64,000 nucleotides of DNA from Utricularia gibba (Eukaryota; Plantae; Magnoliophyta): positions 1,612,001 through 1,676,000 of the forward strand of contig NEEC01000021.1 of the NCBI GenBank assembly GCA_002189035.1, given 5' to 3'. The translations under genes and the position numbers were made by a program. Of the stretch, positions 1-12,163 are shown in pieces (position 1 is the first letter of the stretch; each line of letters begins with the position of its first letter). Below the pieces are notes generated by a model. That model saw only the letters and a program-made list of their open reading frames with translations, did not search any database and was not told the DNA's origin.

Positions 1-83
1 GGCGTCCATTGATTATTATTCCAGGCACCCACCCAATGCACACGACTCACTCTCTGTCTCCTGCATGTTGTGTATATCTCCAG

Positions 84-186
84 GGACATAACCTCCCGGC
101 AGCGGGAATTGATTGAGGAGTTTGTGAAGGAAGATGAGAGGCAGGATGAGAGGAGGGGCGTTACCGCCGCCGCAGCCTCCGGATAG
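84..186 (+). CDS. Last exon of a type-I DnaJ/Hsp40 chaperone (GFA2-like); rest of gene lies upstream of the window
   Basis: After acceptor tctccag (81-83) the exon reads DITSRQRELIEEFVKEDERQDERRGVTAAAASG*. This matches the typical DnaJ C-terminal '(N/D)ITxRQRELxEEF' tail. Confidence 0.7.
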
Positions 187-1053
187 GCCGACCATTGCCC
201 AGGACGGCATCTACTAGTTTGGAATTTTTAGTACAAGAAACCTCATGTAACTCACCAACCAGCAAGACAGCAACCCAGAGGTAGCAGTAGTAATTAATTT
301 TATATTTTTTTCAATACAAAATCACACGGTTAAAACTTAAAAACTAAATCACAGGATTTTATAATCAATAAAAGAACACATGACTTGGGCCGAGCCTGGA
401 GTAACAAAATGGAGGCCCAAGTTATTTCCCTTCGATCCACTACCACCGTTTTTTTGAATTTGAGGCCGGTCAAAGATGGGCCGAAGCCGATAGAATGATC
501 GGGGCGCTGTCTGTGCTAAAATGGATTACTTTCCCGGAATCCATCTGAATTTGGTCTGACACTTCGACATGCGGCCCAATTCCAGCTGGGCAACCCAGCA
601 CAGACAGCGTTGGCCCGCTTATTGTATGAGCTAAAGAACTGGCGTCCCAGGCCGTGAATTCACAAACATGGTGGTGGATCGAAGGGAATGCGGATATGCG
701 GCCGTCGGAATCCCTTGGGATGGATTCTCTGGTGCGCTTCCCCATCTCTGGATGAACATAAATCGCTGCGATTCCAGGCATTAACAGGAGGGTGATGAAC
801 CATTTTGATGGAGAAACAGACCAGACGTCTACAGAAGATGCGCCTTCAGCGGGCTTCCCATGACCATATTTATTAAAAAGAAGAGAGGTATGTATCACTA
901 GGAGGAGCAATATCAAGGCTTACTCCTGAGGAGACCCAAAAATGGTGCCGCCGCCAACCGCAACCTTGGGTGTGATACTTCTTCTGGACTAGACAGGATT
1001 CCTCCTGTTCTAAGAATGAAGGAAAAATAATATCAGGGAGAAACCTAGTTTCT

Positions 1054-4000
1054 TCAAGAAGAGGCTTTTGCCTTCATCTTTTGCTTCTTGGCATCTAAGG
1101 AAGCCAGCCCCGAACCCAAACCCACCGGAGGCGGATCCTGTTGATCAGGTTTGCGTTGATCCCCTTCTGTGTCCTGTGAGCCGTTTGAGGCACGCTGACT
1201 TGATTCCTTATTTGGTACATCCGTTGCGCTGCTGCCTGGTGCAGCATCTGGTGTAGCACCTGTGTTGATGATGTTGATAAGCTGTTGGGTGAGTGGTATG
1301 CCATGGGGGCGAATGAGAAGCCCCCTTGCTGCAGCTTTCTTTCGCATTTCTGCCGCAGCTCGAGCACCTCTCTCGTCAACGCCCCTTCCACGGGGTAGTC
1401 CATCAACGGCAATTCCATTGAAAGGTCTGTTTGCTGAACCGGCGTTGACAGCACCGCCAGCAACAGCAGCAGCTTGAAAAGCTTGGATCAAGTCCGGGTG
1501 AGCCTGTCCCATAGCACGAGTTTACAACATCAGTTTTGAACCTCCCTTTGTAGCATCTCAGTACATAAACTTAAGTTTACTGTTTTTTTTTTTGGAAAAA
1601 TAGAGGGGCACACCACACGACATTGGTATACAAAGGAATACTTTTTTCTTCAGCTTCCCCAGAATTTAAAATTGAAAACCATGCAAGGAGAATGTAATCC
1701 CTTGGAACGTGTGAGTACCTTTAGTATATCAATCGCCTTTTGTGCAGAAGCAGTATCCAGAGAACCTTTCTGCTTCTGAGCATTGTTCTGCAAACGCATG
1801 GAGTTAGTGGCGGAAATTTGATGGCATATCCAAGGGGGAAATTGTTAACAATAATAAAAAATCTCACTTGTAGCTCGCGCATCTTAAATTGTTTCATCCA
1901 GTTGAGGGACTCCTTGGTTCGTGAATCCTCCTCACCCAATTGTTTCAAGAGAACATCGTATGTTTTCTTTTCGTGCTGGAAAAAAATGAAACATGAAGCA
2001 GCGACAGATATGGAATAATAGTATATAAGAAGTCACCAGAAGAACAGCTGCGACACATACCTGGTGAGACAGCTTGTACGCACCCATACAATTAAATGCA
2101 ATTGCTAGAGCATGATAGCAAACGGCAGTTTGAATGTGTTCCTCTCCAAGGAGTCGTTCGTTCATTTTCAATGCTTCTTGCAAATATCTGAGGGCCGTAT
2201 CCATCTTCCCGATGTCTTGATACATCATGGCAACATTTATGAAAGTAGCAGCAACATCAGGGTGATCGGGGCCTGATGATGAACTTAGCAGAAGTAAAGC
2301 TCGGGACATATGCTGCAATGCTAGCTCAGTCTGGTTGAGTCCATGATAGAAGAGGGCCATATTTCCATAACTACAATATAATTTCCACCTCAGAATAGGA
2401 ATAATGTCAAATGCAGAAATCTTAAGCTAAGGCTATCATCACGATACAAAAGCAAGCTTCATTCTTCAGAACTCTAGTTTACTTAATCATGAGTTGGGAT
2501 TTAGAGAGTTTGTAAATAAAGCTGCAAATAGACGTCCTGCTTCATTCTGATCCCAAAGGCAAAAAGCTGCCGTGACAGACAGACTTCACTAGCAAGCATA
2601 TCAAGGTGACAATGTGAGGGGGAGAGAGGTTTTGCCTGTGAGCGGTGTCCGGGTGATCGAGTCCAAGACAACGTTCATTTATGATTAGCTCCTTGTGCTG
2701 TTGCATTATGGCGCCTGCCATATCCCCAGCATGATACAGGACCATGGCTAGGTAGCTGTATCATTAATAGTAGTCGGAGCAAATACATTCGCTTTAGTTA
2801 TTTGTACGTTAGAAAAATGGAAAAGGAGTAGCATAAAAAAAGTTGAGGCAACTACCGGCAACAATTCGCAACCTCTCCATGCATAGGACCTGTGACCTGC
2901 ATTTTTTTATAGCTGGTTATCAACAAGAAATCACACAAATAGGGGGCTTCTGCACAACCTGCTGAAGCATTGTGAAAGCTTCCGAAAATAGAGCATATGC
3001 CTCATTCAGCATCCCCTGAGAAAACAATAGACGAAGGTTGAAGATAGCTTCTTGAACTTTGAACTAACTGGTTAAGCCATACAATGAAGTATATAGCATG
3101 ATGACGCAGACATTATACATACAACCTATCCACATTGTGAAGAGAATATTTAGATTCATTGTTGCCTTATCAGGACATTCTTCAATAAAACATAAAGTAA
3201 ATCTTACTTCGGCCAATTGAACTTTTCCAGTTTCCACCAGATTCTTGGCTTCAGAACAAACAGGGACGGAATGCTTAACAATTGGTTGGATATTCAGTAT
3301 GTCAGACACTAGGAAAGGTGCAGTTGCCTCAAAGTCATATTTTCGAGCTGCAACAGTGATTCCAACCTGTATAGGATTGGAAAACAGCACAGGTTTTAAC
3401 ATGCGGACTACTAAACCCAGATCCACATTTCCGATTGTAGTAAAAGTAATTCTTCTGGTCAAGCAAACTCATTATGGAAACCATGGTGAAAGGACTTCGA
3501 AAAATTGATGATTGCAACATGTGTGCTACAGTCACAGATACAGGATAGTAAAAGAAGTCATTTTTTTGTATGTAAATAGGATAGTCAACATAAACTCAAC
3601 CTTTTGACAAAAATTTCTCACGACAGAGACCCTTTTTACACGCTGCCTTGCATCTTCTGGCAAGTCAAACTGCAAGGACATAAATATTGGTTGCAGAGTA
3701 AAAATCTTGAGAAATGAAGTATCATAGAAATAAGTGATCATAGGCCATTAACCTGATATTTGGTCAGCGAAAACTCTTGAATATCAGACCACAAACTATC
3801 TGAGCACATACTTAGGTAAGAGGATTGTTTTTTCCTCACAAATCCCCCATCTCTTAACGTGGATTGTCCTTTTACAGATTTTTTCGTAGTATTATGTCCT
3901 GAATGTACCTGTAAAAAACCAAACCATGATGGTGTGATGATTCAATCAATAATTTTATAAAAAAAAAAAATCTTCACGACACGATGCTGTTGAGATTACG

Positions 4001-7000
4001 GGAATGTGGCACTTACTAGCTAACGTTGGAAGGAGGAGGAGGAAGGCGGGGGGGGGGGGGGGGTGTTCCAAAATAAAGCACATAAACTACCTTTTTTTGA
4101 GCTTTTGATTGTGAGCCATTTGCAGAACCTTTCCCGGAAATAGCCTGAACATTTCCAAAGAAACAGTTGAAAAAATGTGAAAGTGCATGGCCAAGATCGT
4201 GATCCTCCGTATCTCTAAGTATGTCCTGCAAATTGTGAAACAAAAGGATGATAAATAACAACAACAACAAAATTGAAAACGTGAAGGATAGAGTTCAGAC
4301 TTTTCATCCAAAAATTAAAGTTACAAACTCAGCCCAGAATCCAAGTGAGGTTGGAACAGTTCAACTGGAACATGTAACATTTACCCTAACAATATGCTTG
4401 GCAGATCTGACAACAATTTCGTTGGAACACAAATCCCATAAGTGAGGCATGGTTCTTGTTCCTTCAGCAACCTAACAGAAAATACCCTTCAATCAATTTA
4501 GGTAACCGATTATAATTCACGTGGACCCAGACAATATAATAGAAAATTATAATTCAAGCAGATGAGGATCTCTCTCTTACTTTACCGATATACCGAACAT
4601 TAATGCCATGTGCATGGAGTGCTTCAGTCAAAGTTTGCCCATCCATTGGAGAGACTTCAAGACTGCAAAGATCCTGTATAAATTTTGGAAGTACCACATC
4701 TTTTAGATGTAGACTTGCTCTTCGCACATTTTCCTCATCTTCCATGATCTCCTGTAATGAAGTGAAATAAGTAGGATTTCAAAAGAAATCTCCAGGAAAA
4801 AGATTGATTTTCCCACCAAAATTTACCTCTTGATCTCCAGCAAGCTTAACTTCCGTAAAGACATTAGGATTAAATAGCACCTCCTTCGTTCTATCTGCAG
4901 GATGATCATGATGACCGCATTCCTGAAAGTCAGATTGTTTAAAAACTGCTCTGGTACAAAATTTTCCAAACATAGATGAACAATTCCTGACAAGCAAATC
5001 AGGACTTCTAATTAAAAATCAATTCTTCCAAGGGAACTTGTTAAAACACAAGGCTATTTCAATGAAAAAGAGAACCTGCGATCCACTAGCTGCTGCAGCA
5101 GCTTGTTTTGTTTCAGTTCTCAGTTCTACAGAGCTGCTGGCATTTGGAGAAATATCACACTCTGACTGAACCTGATCCTTAGACTTCTCAGCTACCTCAG
5201 CCTTTTCATGATGAAAACAAAAGTTAGGCAAGCGTTAATTGTCAAACAAGTGGGCAGAAGAAGACTCACCTGGCAAAGAGCAGATATTAGTTCAGGTCTC
5301 AAAATGCAAAATCTGGAATTTGGCCCAGTATAATTTGCATCACGTGGAGTGATTCTCATTAGATCCAACAGATAATGCCTGGAGATAAACCACTCTCATA
5401 AAGTTAATGCAGAAGGTTGCGATCATGAAACTACATCAGATTCAGGGAGCCTGACAGAAATGAGAAAATAATATAAATTTCGTGGTAAGGTTTCAAAACA
5501 AGCCCCAGCAAGCCGGGATTGTTTCATGGACAGTGCAGCTGATCGTTGATTTTGCATTCATCTAATCTACGAGGCAATTACAAATGTTCAACTTAACAAT
5601 AGCAAAAATGGGAAAAAAATAAGGAAGAAATATTTGAAGGAAAAGGAATCAATGAAACATAAAACTGCAAAAGATGTGACGCACCAACTAGCAATGATAG
5701 TTTTCAAAGTAAATTGATATCAAACAACAGGAGAGATAAGATATTATATGTACATATCTAACAAGTTTCACCTGTCATCGCTGCCAACAATTCCCTTGGA
5801 CTCTACTGGAGCAGCTAGCTTAAAGACATTTCCTGATCCATCAAGCACACAATGCTCCTTCAGATGTAGACGTTTTGCAGCTTCTAGTACCTATACGATT
5901 GTTTCAGGCGTGATCAGCAACTAAGATGTGAAACTTCGAAAAGTGTCACCTGCATCATCAGTTTCTACCTTTGAATGGAAATCCTCTGACCAGCATATTT
6001 TCTTGCCATTGTCCACAGAGCCATACAGTAGTGAGTCTGACTTATCACCTTGAAGGATTCCTGGTAACACACTCTACAGGGGATGAAAAGTAAACATAAA
6101 TGGCATGAAAAGATTCAACCCAGAAACATTTAGCATTTTCTGGTTCAATACACATATAACAGTTGTGCATATGACGAAATTTAGCTCAATATCTGTTTGA
6201 ATCAGGACATATCAAAGTAAGTGGCACGATACTATCTGGTGCAGGATACATGGTGAAAGCATTAGCTTTTATGAGAAAGAAAACGGTCATTACTCAGATT
6301 AATTTAATCTTCTATATGGGAATAAAACAGCAGGAAATTTTCCAGATAAGAAACTGAAACATACAAGAAGGTAAACAACATTTTCCAGACGAGGCATCTC
6401 TTTTGTTAAAAGTATACATCATATACTTGGTGAACATGAAATTGACGAAAATCTGAAGTTAATTTACCTGGGCAACAACTCGATGGCCTTTATAATCAAT
6501 TATGGCCATTGCAAGATTATATAAGCCAGATATGTCGGCTTCCTGAAAGGCCTTGGTCCCTCTTAAGTCATTGTTAGAGCTTGCATACGTTGCTTGCTCG
6601 CCTTCAGTCAGCTGGGCCTCTGCACGAATATTGTCAATGGGCGAATGATTATTGGCGTTGTTGTCTTCCACATTTGAAACAGCAGGTTCATCAACTAATG
6701 GAACTCCAGAAGCTTCTTGTGGCAGGATGGCTCCTGACGTATCAGAATGATTCTGAGACAAATTGATGGACTCAACTTCGAGACTTTCCTCTAACACCTG
6801 CTTCTTAGACAACATCTGAAGGTCCGCATCAACAGCAAAGCTGAAGAATATGTTGTTGTGGACATACCTAAAAGGGAAATGGAAGCTATATCAATATAGC
6901 GCCGGACATATACCTATTAATAGCAAAAAAATCGACAGACAAGAAAAATGTTCATAAATGTCGAAACAAATCCACCTTCCTACTAAAAGTCCATATTTTT

Positions 7001-9603
7001 CAGATGGTACTCACATATGAAAGCACTCTGGATCAGTTGGATTAATAGGTGGAATACATCTACTTATTACTCCAATAGCACCTTTAGTTGCAGCCTCAAC
7101 AAAATCAGAGGTCACTTTGTACAAAGCCCTGTCTCTCAAAATCCTGCATAAGAGGAATTAGAACGTCAACAGAAAAACATAGGGTAATTGGCGCGCAGGA
7201 GCATATTTTGTTTCATATAGTAAATATGCACCTTTCCTGGTGGCTAGCATGAGGGAATTCTCGGCAAGACTGCATTTCCTCATTCCAGTCCCTCTGCATG
7301 CCAATCAGCTCACTTCCAAAAGTAAGCATCATTGAGTTTTCAGCTCTTGATGCATCACGTTTGTGATCTGATGGTGCCATCGTAAAAAGAGTGAAGAATC
7401 ATTATCATATGCTTTTACCGTGATCAGTTACCCAGTTATTTATTTAAGTATATAGCATACCACAAGGCCATCCTCAAGTCATGATAAAAAAGCATAGCAT
7501 AAGTTGACAGGACAAGATATTGACGCACCAGGTACAGGATATAATCCAAGCCATGAATTAGAAGGCAGCAGAGCTTGAACATTTTCAAATGGATGAGCAG
7601 ATGCTTTGCGCTCTAATATTTCACGAAAAGCTGAAAAAATAACCATGACACTGCAGATTTCAGCGATAACTTAATCCCAGTATTTCAGCAAACAATTTGT
7701 TACCTTTCTTGAATTTTGGGCTAATCTTATGTAGAAGCCCTACAAGGGATGATGCTTCTAAAGAAGCCTTATTTGGCCTTGGATCAAGAATGTTCCCGGT
7801 GCTTGAGTTTACATAAAAAGAATTTGTAGTTCCTGTAATACAATATTTACTGCCTTCAACCGTTGCCACATCCAGATAAATCAAGTCTCCAGAAAGCCTA
7901 ATTTCAACCAAACGAAGCAAGGTTAGCAAACCCAAGTCATTGACCCAAAAGTAAGAATGTAGAGGACCAAAACCCATGTAAAATAACTGCAAATTTGAAA
8001 CTCAATGCATCATATGAATAACAAAACCTTCTGTAGCTAGGAGGTGGATTGAATGACGAAAAAACAATGCTTTCAACACTCTTAATCTCCTTGCATGGCG
8101 AACTAAGTAATTTATTGAGTGAGGCAGAAGTGTTTTCCTTAAGTACCGGGCTGTCCAGCTCTTGCACTTCTATTTTCGCTGAATCTTCACACAACCAATA
8201 GAAAATAAACTACATACCAACTCATTATAGAAATTCAGGAAATACAGGAAAATTCAGAAGGACCAGACAAAAAGAGACAGAGAAGAAAATAAAATAAGGA
8301 ATCAGAGTTGGCACAACACAAAAATATCAGAGAGCCACCTCCTGTGTTTAAAGGTGTCGTTTTCCTGGTTTCATGTTGAAGTGCCAGTGTTGTAGACAAA
8401 GATGAGTGAAAAGTTGAGGCTGAAAGCAGTTCCCTAGTACGCTGAACATGAGCCCGGATGGATCTATCATCATATGGAGCTTCAAGAAATTGCTAAGATT
8501 TCAGGCTTTTGGAAAGAAGCATGACATTCAGGATTCTCTTCAAATTAACTAAAAATCAAACACACCAGAGATCATCTCCAAAAAGCAGCTCCCAGTAGTA
8601 ATATCTCCAGCTTCGGAGATGTCATTGTAATCTTCTAGAATATGAGAAGCACCTTCGTTCGTATGCAGAACTAGATCGTAGCAAGTAATGAAGCATGTTT
8701 CAGGGGCATCAAGAAGAAACTGCCTAACATCCATGACAGAATCTCCAGGGCTCAACTGCAAATACCAGTAAAATTAAATTTCTGGAAAGAAAAATTGGAA
8801 AACTTTCACTGATGTGAGATAATTCAGAACTAGCATGTGAAAAAAGAAAAATGTGACCTTGCAGGTTAAGATAGTGAAAAATTCAGGAGTTAAATTTCTA
8901 TGTTTATTCGAGATTAATCATAACACAAGGTATCAACTTACTTGTAATTGAAGCTTTTCCCCTCCAGGCGTTTTAACAGAAACGGGATAAAGATGAATAT
9001 CTGCTGTAAACAGAGAAAAACTTGTACTATCAGAAAAAGTGCACAACCTTTGAGTGCCAAAGGATAGTGATAGGTTTATTTGTCACTAAGTTGGGGAATG
9101 AGTGCAAGCGTTGCACGAGAGGTCAACTCAGACATGGAAATACAGATGAAACTAAAAAAACGCAATGTGTCCTCATTCTCAGTTCCAACTACAAGGACAA
9201 ACAAAAAACAATAACAAGATATATTATTTCATGTTCATTTTCACAAACTGGAGAATTCCAACAGTTCACTGAAATTTAAAGTCATTAACTCCACATAGCT
9301 ATTTTTCATATTTAGACTAACCAAAAAATACCAAAGCAACATGAACAGCCACAAAAAGGTTAAATTTATGATATCTGAGCATCATAAAACATCCTGTAAA
9401 CCACCTTGCTTTACTGAATTCTGCTCGGTTGCACTATCGTTCACTTTTTCCTTAGAATTTACATCAGTAACCCCATTAACAGAAGAAGCAAGTGAACTTC
9501 CAGGCAGGGACGTATCAGAAGATGATATAGCCTGCTCCGAAGAATTCTCAACAGCTTGTTGTGAACCCTTACGGTTCCTGCCCCGATTTAACTTCCCCGC
9601 CAT
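1054..9603 (-). CDS. FMT: Clustered mitochondria protein (FRIENDLY/CLU), multi-exon TPR protein
   Basis: Starts [13 protein letters not shown]. Exons give CLU motifs ([51 protein letters not shown]), TPR repeats ([20 protein letters not shown]) and the C-terminus [11 protein letters not shown]. The exon junctions I traced (about 3.7-9.4 kb) are GT-AG and in frame. Confidence 0.95.
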
Positions 9604-10262
9604 TCTCTAAACCCTGAAAATCATACTTTGATATTAGATAAATCAACGAAAACACACAAACAAATACTATAATGCGAGTAAGCCATAAAAAAAGTCGAAC
9701 AAATAAACCCCTGGTCGCCACTTGCAAAACCCATAACACCACAAAAGAATCAAATCCTGAACAACGATCACTTCATGCCAGTTAACCATGAAAAGTTCGG
9801 AACTTACTTACGAGCATCAATGCATGATGCTTCCGTACAAAACAAATAGCATGATTGCTTTCAACTTGAGTTAGATAGAAGAATACCACAAACACAAAAT
9901 TTACTGAATAGAAGTTTAACTCAATACACAAACACCGCTACCTCTAATAACAACGATTTGAGAATCCAAATCCAATCTTCCGACGAAACAGAAGAATGCG
10001 TAGGTTGTAAAAATCCTATCGTTCCGTCTCTAAATTGAAGATTTCTGGATTTCCCTATGAACCGAAGTAGGAGCGCCACCAAATGACGGCTGGCGATTGC
10101 TTCAATGTAAAACCCATTTCTTTTTCAAAGCTTTATCCCAGGGAGAGTTTTAGGGGGCAAATCAGTAAATGCATATTCACGGTTCCCATTTCGGCGTTTC
10201 GATTATTTGACGAATCATTTCATATTCAAGGCCGCCGGTGCCGGTACGGCTACCGGGAATCC

Positions 10263-10660
10263 ATGGAGATCGATTGTTATATGGAAGCTGCTGCTGCTGA
10301 ATTTGACGACTCATACCACATGATACCTTAGAAGAGAATTGTGTGGCGACTACCTTCCAGAACTCCTGACCGGAGTTCACCTTGAGCCGCCCGATGTCAG
10401 CCTCATCGATGCATATAACACCTTCATTTCCTTATTCCAATCCGTCGCTCCAGTAACTTCTCCGCTTACAGCTGCACCTTCAACTTCGACCTAGATTGCA
10501 CTGCAAATCTGCAAGTTACAGAGAATGGTATGCTCGTAGTGGGGACTACAGCAGTCCTCAGGTTCGGAAGGCCAATGATCACCACCCAGAGATCTTCAAG
10601 ATGTAAAGATTATGCCAAGAGCCTCTTTGACCTGTGGAGAGGCTAAGTATTTGATCACAT
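10263..10660 (+). pseudogene. Degenerate coding-like segment, possibly an F-box relic
   Basis: GC-richer than flanks. ATG at 10263 (MEIDCYMEAAAAEFDDSYH), then fragments in shifting frames (DYLPELL / EFTLSR / PDVSLI) loosely resembling the F-box consensus LPxELLxEILxRLPxxSL. Several stops and shifts. Confidence 0.25.
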
Positions 10661-10794
10661 TTGGCCGAATTTCAACTGTTACGGAGCCCCTTGTAGGAAT
10701 GAGATCATTTAAAAGACATGGCTTTGAAGTTCAGGACTATCTATTGTTGAATAACTGCTTACAGACAGAGAACAAACCAGCAAAAAGATGAATC

Positions 10795-11717
10795 CTACAA
10801 CGATGCACAGCAGCTGAGCTTGCTTCCACCGGTTGTAGGTTCTTGCCCAGGAACCACAATGTTCTTTCCCTTCAAAAGCGCTTCCTTCCCATCAGGTTCA
10901 ACTTCGGGCGCAGCCAGTGACTTCTTGCTGATCACCTTAAATATCTCAGACAGAACCGTGAGGAAAGCAGGCTCCACATTAGTCGCCTCAAGAGCCGATG
11001 TCTCCATGAAGAAAAGGCTCTCGCCCTCCGCAAAATCTTTCGCTTCCTGCGTCGATACCTCTCGAAGAGTCCCCAGATCGGACTTATTCCCCACAAGCAT
11101 GATGACAACATTCTTCTCAGCATGCTCCCTGAACTGCTCTAACCATCTGGCTACATGTTCAAAGGTCTGGCGTTTCGTGATATCATAAACCAGCAAAGCC
11201 CCCACTGCTCCTCTGTAGTAAGCGCTAGTCACAGCGCGGTATCTGAAACCATAAAGAACCAAGAAGTAACGCATCCATAATCAAAATTAGAACTTGAATC
11301 GGGATCAACCGGAGAGGCTGGCGTGTTAAATTTCTGGTGGATCTTAGTATAACAAAGTGAACTGGAATAAAGGAACTTCGTGAAATGCCTCCTCATTCAA
11401 ACACAGTCCAATCATGAGCCATAAATCGGTCCAACCAAAAGCTGGTCCATTTCATTTCTGAAGTCAAACGCAAGTAAAGCTGCGAGATTCGCGCACCTTT
11501 CTTGGCCGGCGGTATCCCAAATCTGCGCCTTGATGGTCTTATTGCCGATTGCGACGGTCCGCGTCTGAAACTCGACTCCGATCGTGGCCCTGGAGTCGAT
11601 ACTGAACTCATTCTTGGTGTATCTTGAAAGAAGCTGAGATTTGCCGACCGCGGAATCGCCGATGAGCACAATCTTGAAGACGTAGTCGATTTTACTGCTG
11701 AAGTCGCTGGAGTACAT
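10795..11717 (-). CDS. RABA4: Rab11/RABA4-subfamily small GTPase (RABA4d-like), 2 exons (11717-11497, 11242-10795)
   Basis: [38 protein letters not shown]|[23 protein letters not shown] motifs and a C-terminal CCASL prenylation signal. Confidence 0.95.
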
Positions 11718-12163
11718 GGTTACCTCGACCAAGCTCCTTTCTCGTTAAGAGAGGAAAGAAGGAAAGTCATAAAGCCGCGAACAGCCTTTTTCGTCGATGG
11801 AGTCAAAGACTGTTTAACTCTGTCTGCATCGGCGAGGAGTCCGGTCCCATCCCTGGGACCAAAATCTAAGAACAATATGCGAAGCGCCCCCTTGGAGTTA
11901 CAATTTGATACGGACAGAGGAATTGCAAACGGCTCTTCTGATCCTCTTTCCATTTTTCTCGCGTAAACCCCAGATAATGACCTCCCATTTCAAGAAATCA
12001 ATAAGACGATTGTTAAGTGGTCATTCGATTTGCTTCACACACATGCCAAATCCTTGCTGTCGTTACCAGGAGGAAGGACACAACAAAAAGGAAAAAAAAA
12101 ACCCACAACAGCATCCGGAACCAGTGGCATTGCTTTAGGGGGGAGGATGCTTGCTTCTTCTCC

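Noticed and set aside
3753-3910. Suspected double frameshift in a FRIENDLY exon
   Set aside because: Recounting the runs (T6 and C5 on the plus strand) shows the exon is in frame.
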